Positions 46,367 through 59,700 of a DNA stretch of 64,000 nucleotides are shown here, piece by piece. Each line of letters begins with the position of its first letter. The first letter of the stretch is position 1. Position numbers and translations under genes: made by a program. A model generated the notes under the pieces. The model worked only from the letters and a program-made list of their open reading frames with translations, was not told where the DNA came from and did no database searches. The stretch lies in the IMG/VR virus record IMGVR_UViG_3300032332_001787, positions 128,001 to 192,000 of that record. One strand, written 5' to 3'. The stretch is from a virus (Duplodnaviria; Caudoviricetes).

Positions 46367-49300
46367 TTATCTTGATCCAGTTAAAAGACCGGCCGGATGA
46401 TTTAATTGATTAATTTGAACAGTAGCTGACCATAATGCTGTTGTATTTGAAACTCCTGAAGCAACTATACTAAGTCTAGGAACTGATCCATTGGTCGAAG
46501 TATCAAGATCCAATCTAGTACCAATGCCCATGCCAATTGGTAGTCCTGGAAGTCCAGCAGCAACACCGCTTTGGTATACTTTGGTAGTTTCATCTCCTAA
46601 TTTTGTAAAAATATTCCCATCAGTTGATCTAAAAATAGCTCCTTCAATAGTCATCGCAGCGGCAAAATTTCTAGAACTATCAGAATTATTATTATCATGC
46701 CATAATACAGAAGCTATTATTTTATAATTCCAAACATTATCATATAAAAGACCATTAGTATTTTTCAAAGTAACTGTATTATTTTGAGATTCTTGTCTTG
46801 GGTTATCTTTAGTAAAGTCTGTGGTTAAAGGCACAGCATTAGCTCCAAAAGAAGGGGTTCGACATCTTAGATAATATTGAACATATTGACTTGAACCAGT
46901 ATATTTTTCAGTTTCGGTTCCACTATCAAGAAACGAACCCCCAGCAAAAGCATGGGTATGATATGTATCATTTATTTTTGGACGATATCCAAATTCTATT
47001 CCTGGCATTGTTTTTAAATTTTGGCTGGTAGTAAGAGGGTCTAGTTGTGGAATTTTTAATCCATATGATAAATCCCAACTACTTCCATTAAATATCAAAA
47101 ATCGACCATTTCCATTTACTGTCAGAGATTCTCCGCTTTTATTTGTTTTTGATAGTCCAAATTCTACTTTAAATGCATTGTCTAAACCGAGCGATTTAGC
47201 TTCTGCATATAATGGATACATTCCAGTAAATTGTGTTTTTAAATCTAAAGTACTAAATCTAATATTTCCACTAATATCAGTTCGTAGATATAGTCCTTCT
47301 GTAGTTCCTTGTCCAATTCTTAAACTATCTGTGGAAATTTTACCATTTACAAATAATGCACTATCATTGGTCTTAGAATCATCTTTTACATAATTAACTA
47401 TAACATTTCCAGTTGGACCTATATGAAAACCTCTCCTATTATTTAACTGACCAGATTCAATAACTGAAAAAGTATTAGATAAACCAAGATTATTAAAAAC
47501 AGTATCAATATTATTGTTAGAACTGAGTAATATATTATACTTTGTATTGGGTATATTAAGATCTAAAATATCATTACTTACTACTCCTGTTGATCCTAAT
47601 ACTAGTGTTGACTGATTATCTATCCATCTGAAAGATGTATTTCCAGTAGCCCACGATTTGTCATTTGAAAATAGAATACTATATGGTCTTAAAACAGCAT
47701 TTGATAGTTTGCCGCTGCCATCTACATACAAAAATGTTCCGGTCAAATTTCTAGGAGCAGTAATATTATCATATACAACTAAATTGTTTAGTATGCCAGA
47801 GTTACCACTAGTATTAAAGAAATCTATTCTGTGCTGACTAAAATTAGTATTAAGCAAAACTTTAGCAAAATCTGATCCACCACTGCCTCTAATTTTTAAT
47901 CCATAGGTTAAGCCCTCATCATTAACCAACAGGCCAGATGATGTGATATATAAACCATTGTCTCCGCCTAAATTAAAATTAAGAGATTTACTAGATGGAT
48001 CATAGTTAATTTCTGATATACCACTAGCAACTTTATCATTAACCCTATAAAGTAATGAGCCATTATTTCCAGAAGTTCTGAATGGCAATTGCCATGTTCC
48101 TACTCCATTAATATTAGATGTTAATACATATTGATCTGGTGATGAAAATGCTATTCTGATGCCACTAGTATGAGTAATTCCGCTAACAGACAAATCAGAA
48201 GTTGGATTATTGGTATTAATACCTAGATAATTATTGTTTAAATTAATATTCAATATGGATGAGCTGTCTGTGCTAGACTTAACAATAATGTTATCCTGCA
48301 CTGCTCCAGAGTTAAATACTATTTTATCATTGTCTAATATTATTTTATTTCTATTATTTGTGCCAATATATAGAGTATTATTGGCTACTCCACTCATGCC
48401 AAATCCTACCACAACATTTCTCACGCCAGAAACATTATTATTATATCCAACAATAATACCACTACTAAACATATATCTATTATTAGAGCCAACAATTATA
48501 TTATCTGATCCATATACTGGATTAGTTTCTGGCCCACCTAATCCGTTACCTTGTTGATATGGCATTACTAATCCACTAATATTAGTATTTGGTTGATTGT
48601 TATCATCAAAACTATTATTAATAGAATAATATCCATTATTAGCATTAATAGCTATGGCGTTAGTAAAAGTTAATGTTGTAGTATTATCTATAGAATTTTC
48701 TACGATATCAGAAATTTCTCTTATGAAAGTATTAGCCACAGAAGGAGGATTTTGCAGACAAAGGAGGGCGCTGTCTCCTATAGTATATTTATTAGCTACA
48801 TTCAATGATGGAATAGTAATAGTATACGTTGTTAAAGTATCTGTAACAAATTGATGTCTGATAAGACCAAGCGTATTATTTCTTCCATAAATTAAATTAT
48901 TTATTCCATGAGATTGATTAGCTGTACCAATAACTATTCCACTAGACACTAATTGATTATATCCTATAACAATATTTCCGCTTCCAAAAACGTCCATTTT
49001 ACTATTGGCTGTATTAAATATCACAGACTCATGGCCTATAGCAGATATCTTGCTACCTACTGCTCCTAATTTATCTCCAACTAGGAAGTTAGAATTTCCC
49101 ATACTATATGTGTTGGAAGAGTTTTTAAGATTATTATATGACCCTATAACATTAATGCTGGATCCTGATGCAAAATTTTTATTTCCTAATAATACATTAG
49201 TATTACCATTTTGTATTACATTATTAATACCAGCTATAATAGAATTATTTATAGTTCCAGAAATACGTCTGGGTGTGCCGCTTATTGAACCAACAGAATC

Positions 49301-50722
49301 AATATAGACCCCTGTTTGATTATTCAATACTCCCATTACTAAACTATTATTGCTTGTTAGTGATACTGCATTGGTATTTCCTAATACTAAATTGTTTGTA
49401 ACAGTACCACTAAGATTATTGGAGTTGCCTAAAACTAATGAACCAGCAATATCTTTAGTAGTATTCGCTTGTCCTATCAAAAGCAAGCTGTTAGGATTTC
49501 CGCTAGATAGATTGTTATTAATGCCTAGTAAAATACTATCTTGTAAACCATTGTTTGTTTTATTGCCTAGTCCAATAACAATAGTCTTAGAAGAATCTTC
49601 AGATTTAATATTATTACCAACAAAAATACCACTAGTCATATTTAGAATTGACTGATCGGACCCTATGCAAACTAAACTATTGCCTATGGCGCTGGTTGAT
49701 CCTCCGTATATAACGCTGTTACTGCCGGTCAAGCCAACCATCGAACCAACCACGCTATTATTATTACCTGATAAATTATTAAAATTTCCAATGTAAATAT
49801 TGTTATTTCCAGTATTACTAACATATGATCCAAGAGCAATACCAGATACTCCAGAAATCATTGAGGACTGAACCAAACCAACAACATAGTCTCCATTTAG
49901 TTGATTTGAATTACCAACTAATACATTATATGATCCACTTAATGAATTATCATTTCCTATAAAAATATTATTTAAACCACTAATACTCACAGAATCACCA
50001 ACAGATATATTGCTAGATCCCTGTATACTAGAGTTATTTGTTAAAGCAAAAATTTTGGTACCACTAAAATAATTAATATTACCAACTGATACTCCACTGA
50101 TCGCTAGTCCACTATTATATGCTCCTAAAGTTGTGAAATTATTTCCAAGTATATTATTATTAGTTCCAATAACAGTATAAGAGTATCCGGATACTGTATT
50201 ACGACCACCCAATACTACATTTTGCAGATTAGCTGAAAATACTGGTTTATTGACTCCTCTCTCATCTACTGTAAAAATAATTTCTCCGCTAGTATATCCT
50301 GTGCTAGCATCAAGAATTTTGGACATAATTTGTCCATAGACGATTTCATTATAATTAGAGTCTCTACCGGCCAAATTAATTATGGCGGGGAAACTTCCGC
50401 TTACTGGGGTGATTTGTGGATTATGTACTAATAGCAAGGTAACGCCAGTGGGGCAGTTAGTGATGCTTTCAACTATTAGTCCGTCTTTGGCACAAGGGGC
50501 AACAACATGCAATACAGCATCTGGCAATCCTGTTCCAATTCCCAAACGACCAGCAGAAGCATCAAAATGAACTAAACTATTAATTCCAGTCCCTCTAATA
50601 CTAAAATCAATATTAGATTTATTATTATTGAAAATTGTATTAATGCCAGGAGTATCAGATAAAGTGATATCCGGGGTTAAACCAGATCCAATGTATAAGA
50701 TACCAGATATAGATTCGCTCAT
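46367..50722 (-). CDS. Tail fibre/adhesin-like protein with beta-roll repeats
   Basis: GIGTGLPDAVLHV and LGINTNNPTSDLSV fibre motifs, with long runs of N-x-x-(I/V)-G-x-x-N YadA-head-like repeats. Confidence 0.7.
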   Translation of the reverse strand: MSESISGILYIGSGLTPDITLSDTPGINTIFNNNKSNIDFSIRGTGINSLVHFDASAGRLGIGTGLPDAVLHVVAPCAKDGLIVESITNCPTGVTLLLVHNPQITPVSGSFPAIINLAGRDSNYNEIVYGQIMSKILDASTGYTSGEIIFTVDERGVNKPVFSANLQNVVLGGRNTVSGYSYTVIGTNNNILGNNFTTLGAYNSGLAISGVSVGNINYFSGTKIFALTNNSSIQGSSNISVGDSVSISGLNNIFIGNDNSLSGSYNVLVGNSNQLNGDYVVGLVQSSMISGVSGIALGSYVSNTGNNNIYIGNFNNLSGNNNSVVGSMVGLTGSNSVIYGGSTSAIGNSLVCIGSDQSILNMTSGIFVGNNIKSEDSSKTIVIGLGNKTNNGLQDSILLGINNNLSSGNPNSLLLIGQANTTKDIAGSLVLGNSNNLSGTVTNNLVLGNTNAVSLTSNNSLVMGVLNNQTGVYIDSVGSISGTPRRISGTINNSIIAGINNVIQNGNTNVLLGNKNFASGSSINVIGSYNNLKNSSNTYSMGNSNFLVGDKLGAVGSKISAIGHESVIFNTANSKMDVFGSGNIVIGYNQLVSSGIVIGTANQSHGINNLIYGRNNTLGLIRHQFVTDTLTTYTITIPSLNVANKYTIGDSALLCLQNPPSVANTFIREISDIVENSIDNTTTLTFTNAIAINANNGYYSINNSFDDNNQPNTNISGLVMPYQQGNGLGGPETNPVYGSDNIIVGSNNRYMFSSGIIVGYNNNVSGVRNVVVGFGMSGVANNTLYIGTNNRNKIILDNDKIVFNSGAVQDNIIVKSSTDSSSILNINLNNNYLGINTNNPTSDLSVSGITHTSGIRIAFSSPDQYVLTSNINGVGTWQLPFRTSGNNGSLLYRVNDKVASGISEINYDPSSKSLNFNLGGDNGLYITSSGLLVNDEGLTYGLKIRGSGGSDFAKVLLNTNFSQHRIDFFNTSGNSGILNNLVVYDNITAPRNLTGTFLYVDGSGKLSNAVLRPYSILFSNDKSWATGNTSFRWIDNQSTLVLGSTGVVSNDILDLNIPNTKYNILLSSNNNIDTVFNNLGLSNTFSVIESGQLNNRRGFHIGPTGNVIVNYVKDDSKTNDSALFVNGKISTDSLRIGQGTTEGLYLRTDISGNIRFSTLDLKTQFTGMYPLYAEAKSLGLDNAFKVEFGLSKTNKSGESLTVNGNGRFLIFNGSSWDLSYGLKIPQLDPLTTSQNLKTMPGIEFGYRPKINDTYHTHAFAGGSFLDSGTETEKYTGSSQYVQYYLRCRTPSFGANAVPLTTDFTKDNPRQESQNNTVTLKNTNGLLYDNVWNYKIIASVLWHDNNNSDSSRNFAAAMTIEGAIFRSTDGNIFTKLGDETTKVYQSGVAAGLPGLPIGMGIGTRLDLDTSTNGSVPRLSIVASGVSNTTALWSATVQINQLNHPAGLLTGSR

Positions 50723-50747
50723 TATAATTATCCTTTAAATTTTAAAA

Positions 50748-53700
50748 TTATCTACGTTTACCAACAGCACCTTCTGTATCTCTATGCAGATCACCCATTG
50801 CTGCATTAACTTCCGATAGAACTATTTTTCTTATTGATTCATCCATTAATGCCAAATATTGTGCTCCATTAAAGTTAACATTAACATTATGTTCACCCTT
50901 CAAATTAATAACAGGATTGATATTTTTTAATTGGTCAATAAAGCTCTGGAATGTTGCGGTAAACTGGCTTAATCCATCAGTATTTGGAGAAGCTGATCCA
51001 CCACCAGTAGATACACCACCGCCACCACCAGTTTCATCTGTTGGTTGACCTCCACGGTAGAGATAATTAACTTTACCGACCTGACCACCATTAGCATATC
51101 GATTATTATTAATAGCTTGTAATAATGGTAGATTTCTTTGTGTAGAAGTTCTATTGACTACAAATTCGCCGGGAGTTAACATGGCGGGAACTGTATCTGT
51201 TCCTCTGGAAATTGGTGTGAAGGGGAGTATATTTCCTCCAGCAGCAGCATATACCATGCCTCCATATCTTTTGTTTACCGGCTCTTTCTCTGGTGGCTTA
51301 TCAGCTCCTTTCTCAGGAGTAGGTGGTGTTCCAGCTACCGCACCAGTACCAGCAGCTTGTGTACCTCCTTGTCCTATATCTGCACGGAATTCTGGATATT
51401 TCTGAGCTAGACTCACCCAGGCTTCATGTATTGCTTTAGCTTCGGACATAGCAGCTTCTTGTCCTTTTAATAATTGCAATATATTAATATCACCAATTTT
51501 TGTATTTACAGCTAGCTGATTACCTTTTAGTGTTGCATATGCTGAAGAGGCATTACTATATACTCCTGTTAAATAATCTACTCGTTTTTTGTCTTGTGTA
51601 AATTGTGTTTTTGCTGCATTATAACGAGCATCAGCATCTAATTTACTCCATACATCATTATATTTCTTTTCTAGGTCACCAGAACTGATGTTTGAGAAAG
51701 CTGAAGAATCCAAAGCCTCAAATAATGTTTTGTTTGATTCTGCTTGTTGTTTAATAGTTAATATTAATTGACCAGCTGGACTTTGAGATAATGCTTTATC
51801 TCTTTGAGCAGTTTCTCCGCCAGCTGCAAGATAGACTACTCCGCCTTTACTATATGCTTTGGTTTGTCCATTATTAATAGCTTTTAATAAAGGAAGATTA
51901 GCTTGAGTAGCTGATCTATTAACAACAAACTCTCCCGGTGTCAACATTGCTGGAACAGTATCTGTACCTTTTGGTTCATAAGGAATTAACATGCCATTAC
52001 TAGCATATACAATTCCTCCGGTAGACATTTGTTTTGGCTTAAGTGATAATGGGCCTTCTACTTTTTCAGTATTACCAATAACAAAATATCTATAATCATC
52101 AGGCAATATACCATCCACACCACTATCATTTTTTTGCTTAATCTCTTTAGCTTTGACCTCTGTATAATAAAGACGACGACCATTAGGAGTATTTATATTT
52201 TCTGCTGATATTGATTTTATATTAACACTATCTCCACCCATGCCTTTGATGATACTATGTGAACTAATGATATTTTTAATATCTTTAACAAAAGTTTCTA
52301 TGTCTCCTATTGGTTCTACATCTTTACCTTTAATAAAATCCCATTCTGCTTTGGCCATAGTATTTGTTTCAAACAATTCACTTAATGAAATACCTAATTT
52401 TTGAGCTTCATTTTTAACTTTCTCTTCAATTTGAGCTATAAATTCTGTCTTCATTATTCTCAATTTTTCTCTGATATTATCAGCTAATTCAATAGCTTGC
52501 TCTTGCCTGGGCTTATTTTGAATAATTTCGTTTAGATAAGTTTGTCTTTGTTTATCAAATTTTTCATATTCTTCTATTTTTTGTTTATTAGCAGTATCTC
52601 TAGCTTCTTTTTCTTTTTTAATTTTTTCATCTGTTTTTACTTCTTCTCCTACGGTTTCATATTTACCAGTTTCTTTATTTTTTATTGTTTTTTCTACTCT
52701 CCTAACTCCTTTAGATTCTCTATCTTTTATATTTTGTTTTATTTTATCAGCATAGGCTGGATTATATTGCGCTCCCACAATATCACTCAAATCTATTTGT
52801 ATTTGTGACAAAACATTATCAAAAGCACGACCACCCTCTGCTAAATATACAACTCCTCCAGTTGCATACTGTTTGGTCCCACCGCTATTGATAGACTTTA
52901 ATAAAGATAGATTAGCTTTAGTTGCTTTAGCATTAACAACAAATTCACCAGGAGTAAGCATTGCGGGAATTGTGTCTGTTCCTCGTGGTTGGAAATTAAC
53001 TAAAGTACCCTCTGAAGCATATACTATGCCTCCGGTATACATTCTACGAGGAGAGTTTTGTCCTTTATAGCTTACAGAGCTTGTTGTTTTTTGACCCTTT
53101 GCATACTTATCTCCTTTACCTATATTTTGATGATAGTTATATTCTCCTAAAATTCTACGATAGTACTTATATGAATTCTGGTACTGAGTTTCTATTCCAC
53201 TCATACCTCTAACTTTTTGGTCAGAATCCATTCTTGCTTCTCTAACTTGTTTGCCGCTATATCCCCCTTCTGGTGGAGAAACTTCTTTTCCTTCAGCATT
53301 TGTTCTAATGAAAGGTTTGTCAAACTGATCAAGAATAGAATCATTTATCTTAGTAAGAGGCTCTCCTTTTGCCAAAACTTCACTATAGTAGTTAGTCTTT
53401 AAGGTTTGTAATTTACCTACCATATCATCTATATTAACAAGAATATCTTGTTTTTCTCCTATCATTATAGATCTATTACCGGTTTTAGATAGATTGATTA
53501 ATTTGCTTAATTCAGTCAAACTAGTAATAGCTGCTCCATAACTGGTCTGCATAATTCCTAAAGTTTTTTTGCTGGTTTGTTGAGTAGCCTCATCTGGACT
53601 TTCAATTAATTTTAGTTGATTATAATCAGACAATTCTTTAAAAGCATTATTAGTTTCTCCATATATAGAACCAGCTAATCTAGTGATTTCTAATTGGTCA

Positions 53701-56700
53701 GATGCTCCCTCATTAATTTGTTTTTCGTCGCCCAATAAATTTTTTGGTCTTCTTGTGTCATAAGCTGTAACACGAATATTATTTCTAGAGTCTGTTTTAT
53801 CATTAGTATAGAATGCAGGAGTAATAAATTTATTCTTTATGGGTTGTTCCGGAGATTTACCCGATGAAATTAAAGATGCTAAATATTCTTTATATGTTAA
53901 TTCATCATAATAATCTAGTTTGCTATTATTTGCTGCTGGAATCATTATAGCAGAAAATGGCTCTTTACTTCCATCAGATCCTTCCTGAGCAGAAAATTCT
54001 GTAACAGGATTTTCGGACTTAGGCATTTGTGGCTTTGCTTGTTTCTCGTCCGGTCTTTGTAATGGTCGTGCTGCTGGTATACTTCTTTGACTTTGGCGTG
54101 CTGCTAATATATCTCTAACCACAAAAGCTGTTTGAGTTAAGCCATTGATACTAGCAAATCTACCTCTCTTGGGTTTTACAACAACATCGTCCAGTTGTTT
54201 CCTAATCTGTGCCAAGTCGTCTGGTTTTATACCATATTGATGAGCTACGTCATCTAATATTTGCTGTCTTTTTGCGGCTGCTGCTGGGTTGCTCGGTGTC
54301 GCATTAAGGATATCATATTCTTTATTGAAATAATCATCAAACATCTTGTTGGCATCTAGTTTGCTAAAATCACCACTAACATCTATTCCTAATCTAGCGA
54401 ATGTTTCTTTAGTCTGTGCTTGTGCGGCAATGTAAAGAGGTGAATTATCTGTGAGTTTTGTTAAGAGAGCTGGATCAATGTAGTCTGGACTAGATTTCAA
54501 TAAATCATCAAAATGAAATTGAGCTGCTTTAGATCGTACGTCTCCTAATGTCTGTAGAGCAGAAGCAACATCACCAACAGCTAATGAATCATATTTTCTT
54601 TTTATTGCAATATTATACGCGTCACCAATATTACTATTGAATTTACTTTGAATTTCTGCTAATCTTTCTAATGCAGCCGGAGCGACAGATCTTGCTGTTC
54701 GTCTACGGTTATAATCTTCAACAGCATCTCCAATTTTTTGTCTTATAGAACGCCTACCACCAACTACTTTTCTAGAATTTGAACCAGCTTGACTTCCTAA
54801 ATCATCTGCGAATTTAGCAACAGCATTTTCTGGAGGTATAACATCTGATCCAACAGCCATCAATCTAGTTAAGCTTGAATCGCCAGATTTTATAGCTTCT
54901 GCTACTACTTGTTTCGATAATTTTTTAGTTGTTATAGTCGCTACTGCTTTACTGATAGCATTATCAGCAACTGAACCACCAGCAATTTCTGCAGCAAATC
55001 CTGTCCATTGTCCAGCCGCATATGCTTCTGGATTTTTCTTAATTTTTTCTTCTATATCTGTTTTCATAGAAGATGGAAGCATTTTATAAATTTCTTGATT
55101 TAGGTATTGCCCCAATTGATCACCAGCTAATCCACCGGCTACTGCTCCACCAACGCCGACAACAGGACCTGCTATATTACCTGCAATAAATCCTAGACCA
55201 CCCAAACCTAAGCTTAGAAGACCTGGGATTGCTTTGCTTGCTATACCATAACCAAAAGCTTTCCAATCCCAATTCATAGGCTTAAAGCCTAGTGTTTGCT
55301 TTTGTATAAGAGCTTCTCTATCTATAGTACCTTGAGTAAATGGATAATTAGGATCTCCACTATAAAATTGTTCTTCTAGTGTATTACGAGATATTTTTCT
55401 ATCACCGTATTTGATCTTATTAGCTGCTTCATAAGTTTGTATAAACTCTAGACTACTAGTTCCTAGTTTCTGTTTTTGAGGATCAAGCTTAGCATATTTA
55501 GTCTTAGCCGCAGCAGATAAATATTCTTGTATATGATGATCGTATGCAGCATTATAACTATCTAATTCTTGAACACTGATTTTACCATCTTTATTTCCTC
55601 TAAAATCAAGATAGTCAAATATTGTTCCTTTTGCTGTATATTCTTTATCGTCTAAAACACCATCTTTATTAGTATCATATCCATTAAAATATTTTGCTCT
55701 ATCCATTGGCATAAAGTCTTTTTTAACAGTTAAACCGCCTCTAGCTAAATAATTAACAATTCCCCCAGTAGAATAATGATTTCCGTTATTAATAGCTTTG
55801 AGCAGTGGTAAGTTTTTCTGTGTTGCTTCTCTGTTGATTACAAACTCTCCGGGAGTTAGCATAGCCGGAACAGTATCTGTACCTCGTGGTTGAAAATTAA
55901 CCATTTGTCCGTTCGCTGCATATATCATGCCACCATTTGCTCTCATTTGTGGCTCAGCCATTTGTCGTGCCTCAAACCATTCGGCCGATGGTAGCTGTCC
56001 GTATTTTGCAGAAACGCCTAGTTGTGAGTTAGCAAGATTAGCATTGTCTCTGACTTGATCAGCACGGCCACTCTTTATGGCTTGAATTACAGCATCAGTT
56101 CTGTCTTTTTCTGGTAGATTCTTATCATAAAAATAATCTTGTCCTGGCCAGCCAACTATTCCACCAGAATACCATGTTAGTAATGAACCTAGTGCATTAT
56201 CTATATATGATGCTGTTTGTGGATCATAAAATGGCATACCCAAAGAATCTTTACCTTGAGATATGTCTGTTCTAAGCTTACTAATAATATTTCTTCTAGT
56301 ATCAATATTTGTAAATTCGTTATATGGATTTAATCCAAGATCAACAAGTTCTGCATAAGTTTTTGGTACTTGATTTGTAAAGTCTTCATAGGTTAAAGAT
56401 CCATCAGCTCCAATAGTTCTAATTTTTGATCCTTTAAGAGATTGTCCTAAAGTTGCTTTAAAATCTGATGATAGTTCTCTACTTGCTGCTTTTTGGAAAT
56501 TTGCTGAGGCCCCTAACGATCTGAATAATGATTCCATATCGCCATTATCAAGCAAAGTTTTAATAAATCTAGTATTACCACCAGCAATACCACCAAAAGC
56601 ACTAGTGGCTCCTGCTAGAAGACCATACGCCTCTTTAATAGAATTATACTGCTGCGGACTACGAGCCATATAAAACAAGCGACTAGCATATGCTCCAGCC

Positions 56701-59700
56701 TCATTAAATACATTACTAGCATATGCTGCTGCCTGCTTGCCCATATCATCGTCTTTTAAAGGACGAGCACCAAATCCGGGAACTCCTCTTAAATATCTAA
56801 AGGCCCAGCCGCTACCAAAACCTGGAATTTTTCTACGACCAAAAACCCCCAAAGCTCCTTTTGCTAGTTTTTGAACAGTGTCTTTAATCTCTCCTGGATT
56901 ACCACCAATAATATCTGCTAGCTGATTAGGATTATCTATGCTTTTAGCTGCCCTAGTAGCAGTATTTTTAGTAGCAGAACTAAGATCTTTAATTGCATTA
57001 ATTAACCAATCTCCTACTTCTAGATTGGCTCCTCTGGGTATAACGTCATTAAAAATAAGACTATTCATTGCGTCCGGAGCATTTGAAGCCAAGCCTAAAG
57101 CATTAGAAAATGATATAATATCATTGGCTTTGATTTGTTTAGATAAATTATCTTGTTTAGTTTGGTCATTATTAATTAAAGCATTATAATACTGATCTAA
57201 TAAAGGAATAGCTTGAACTTTATTTAATAGATCCCCTGGAGTAAATTCTGAGCTATTATAAATTCTCTTCTTGTCAATTTCTAGTTGTTGAAAAATGTCC
57301 AGGGGACTCTTATTTGGTTCTGGAATAAAAATATCTTTTAACTGTCTTGCTGGGTCTTTAGAGAAACTTCTTGTCTTTTCATCCCATAATGGAGCACTAT
57401 ACTTCGTATACTCAACTCCATAGTTTAAGTCTAAATTCTTGCCACCAACAGGAATGGATAGTTTGTCCATTTTGAAACCAAGAGATTGCTTCTTGATCGG
57501 CCCATTTTTCATTTTATTAACAACATCTTCTTTAGCTTTTTCTTCAAAATTCTTTCCTAAAGAATCTAAGTCAATATTCATCATCCATGGAAAATGCTTG
57601 GGTGCTCCACCAGCTACTGTTGATGTTACATCAAAGAGATTATACAATTGCGTCAACTCTTTATTTTTTAATCCTGGATCTTTCTTATCAATAGCAAATT
57701 GTACTCCATTAGCCTTAGCTTGATCCAAATTTAAACTTTCAACAGTGTCTTGTAGTGTTGAGTTTATGTATGGAGTATTTGGAAAGACAAATAATGTGCG
57801 AGGTTTACCTAATGGAGCAAAAGTTTTTAATAGATCAACTTCTCCCGTTAGGTCTTCGTGACTAGATGTTCCATTATATAAGGCTGAAAATGATTGCATC
57901 AATTTATCATAACTGCCATTTACAGACTGATCAAACTTTACTCTAGTATCATCAAAATCGAGAGCTTGTGCAATAATATTTTTATTTTCATTGTGTTTCT
58001 CAATTAAAGAGTCAATTTGACTTCTGTTTTTAAGATATTTAGAATCAGGACTATTACTAGAAATACCGGGATAATACAATATATTATATTTAATGGCTGA
58101 AGATGGACCAAATTTTTTCCCAGCATAATCACCGATATCATAAGATGGTTCACTAGCAGATACAGCATCAACATGCCCCATACCAAAATATGTTGATGAT
58201 TGCCAAATTTTATTCATTGGGGCGTTATTAAAATCAACAGATGGTACTGGTGGTGGACTACCAAAATACAAACCAGCCCTATGTCTTATCTTTCCATTAG
58301 GATTATACTCAGAATGAGTAAGTGTAGATGGCTCAACAGATGATGGAAAATCTCCTATGCTATCTAGTTCATTTCCTAAATTAAGTTTATCCAAAGATAA
58401 TGTTGGATATTTTGCTCTTAGCTTAGTACTATAATTAGCTGCTTCAATTTTAGAAACTTTAGAAACCTCCAAATTTTCTCGACCAACTAATAATTTATCT
58501 GTTAATATGGGTTTAAATTCAGCTAAGTCTTTTGATGATTTATCTAAGGCAGTATATTTTGCTGTGGTACCACCATCAAATCTATCAGTAACTCTTATTG
58601 GAGCTGTAACTCCAGCAACAATCTCTCCACTATTGTCCCATATATTATCGGTTTTGAAATCTATAAAACCAAAAGTATTTTTAGGAGTTTTATTTAAACC
58701 ATTTCTTTGTAGTCTAGTAAATATCTGAGGGCCAGCAAGTGCTTTTTCAGAAGCATTGTCTATTAGTTTATTATTTTTGTTTAAGTCTAGATAAGAATCT
58801 TGTGTTAAGTTAAAATTATCAGAATCTCTAGACGTGGTTTTCATAAAATCACTAACATATCCACCATCAGCATAATAACTAACCTTGCCACCACTACTAA
58901 ATTTATTACTATTGATACTTTGCAATAAAGGAAGATTAGCCTGAGTAGCTGCTCTATTAACCACAAATTCTCCAGGTGTTAACATGGCTGGTACTGTGTC
59001 TGTTCCTTTAGGAGCAAAGTCAACATTCATACCAGCAGCAGCATATATAATTCCTCCTGAAGCTTTTCCAGCAGCCGGAACTGGCTTATCACCCAATTTA
59101 TTTTCGATAGCTTTAACATTTGCAGCAATATCCGATAGTTCTTTGTTTTCAAAAGTGACTTTAGACTTTGTTAAAGCTTCTGCAAGAGCTTCTGCTGATT
59201 TATTCGCAATTTGTGAAGCTAAATTATTATTAAGCATAGCTAGTTGTTTATTAGCATCTGACTGTGTATTAATAGCCTGTTGATATTGCTGCATTGCAGC
59301 TTGTGTTTCTGGATCAGCTTGTGGATTTCTCAGAGTATTTAAAATCTGTTGAAAAACTGGAGATACTCCCTGGCCAGATTCTTGTAACATGCTTTCTAAA
59401 ACATTTGCTTTAATATTATTTGCTTGTTTATTATCTCCTAAAAATGGCATAACATCTTTCAGAGCACTTAAAGTTTCTTTTCTATCATTAGCAAAAGCAA
59501 CTTGAGCAGCTTTCATAGCTTCAAATCCTGAAGCCCCATTATTTAATGCTTCAGCATATGCTTTTTGAGCACTTTGAGAATTTTGTATAGTATTAACTTG
59601 ACCCCTAATATTATTTTGTAGTCTACCAAAAGCAGCATTGAGAGAATTAAATTCTTCTGGGGTGCTAGTTACTAGTTTTTCTATAAAACCAACTTTGCCC

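Noticed and set aside
46367-50722. Ser-Gly dipeptides in the fibre protein as glycan attachment sites for the phage glycosyltransferases
   Set aside because: A hand count gave about 40 SG versus about 27 GS. That modest excess is explained by S/G-rich beta-roll turns.
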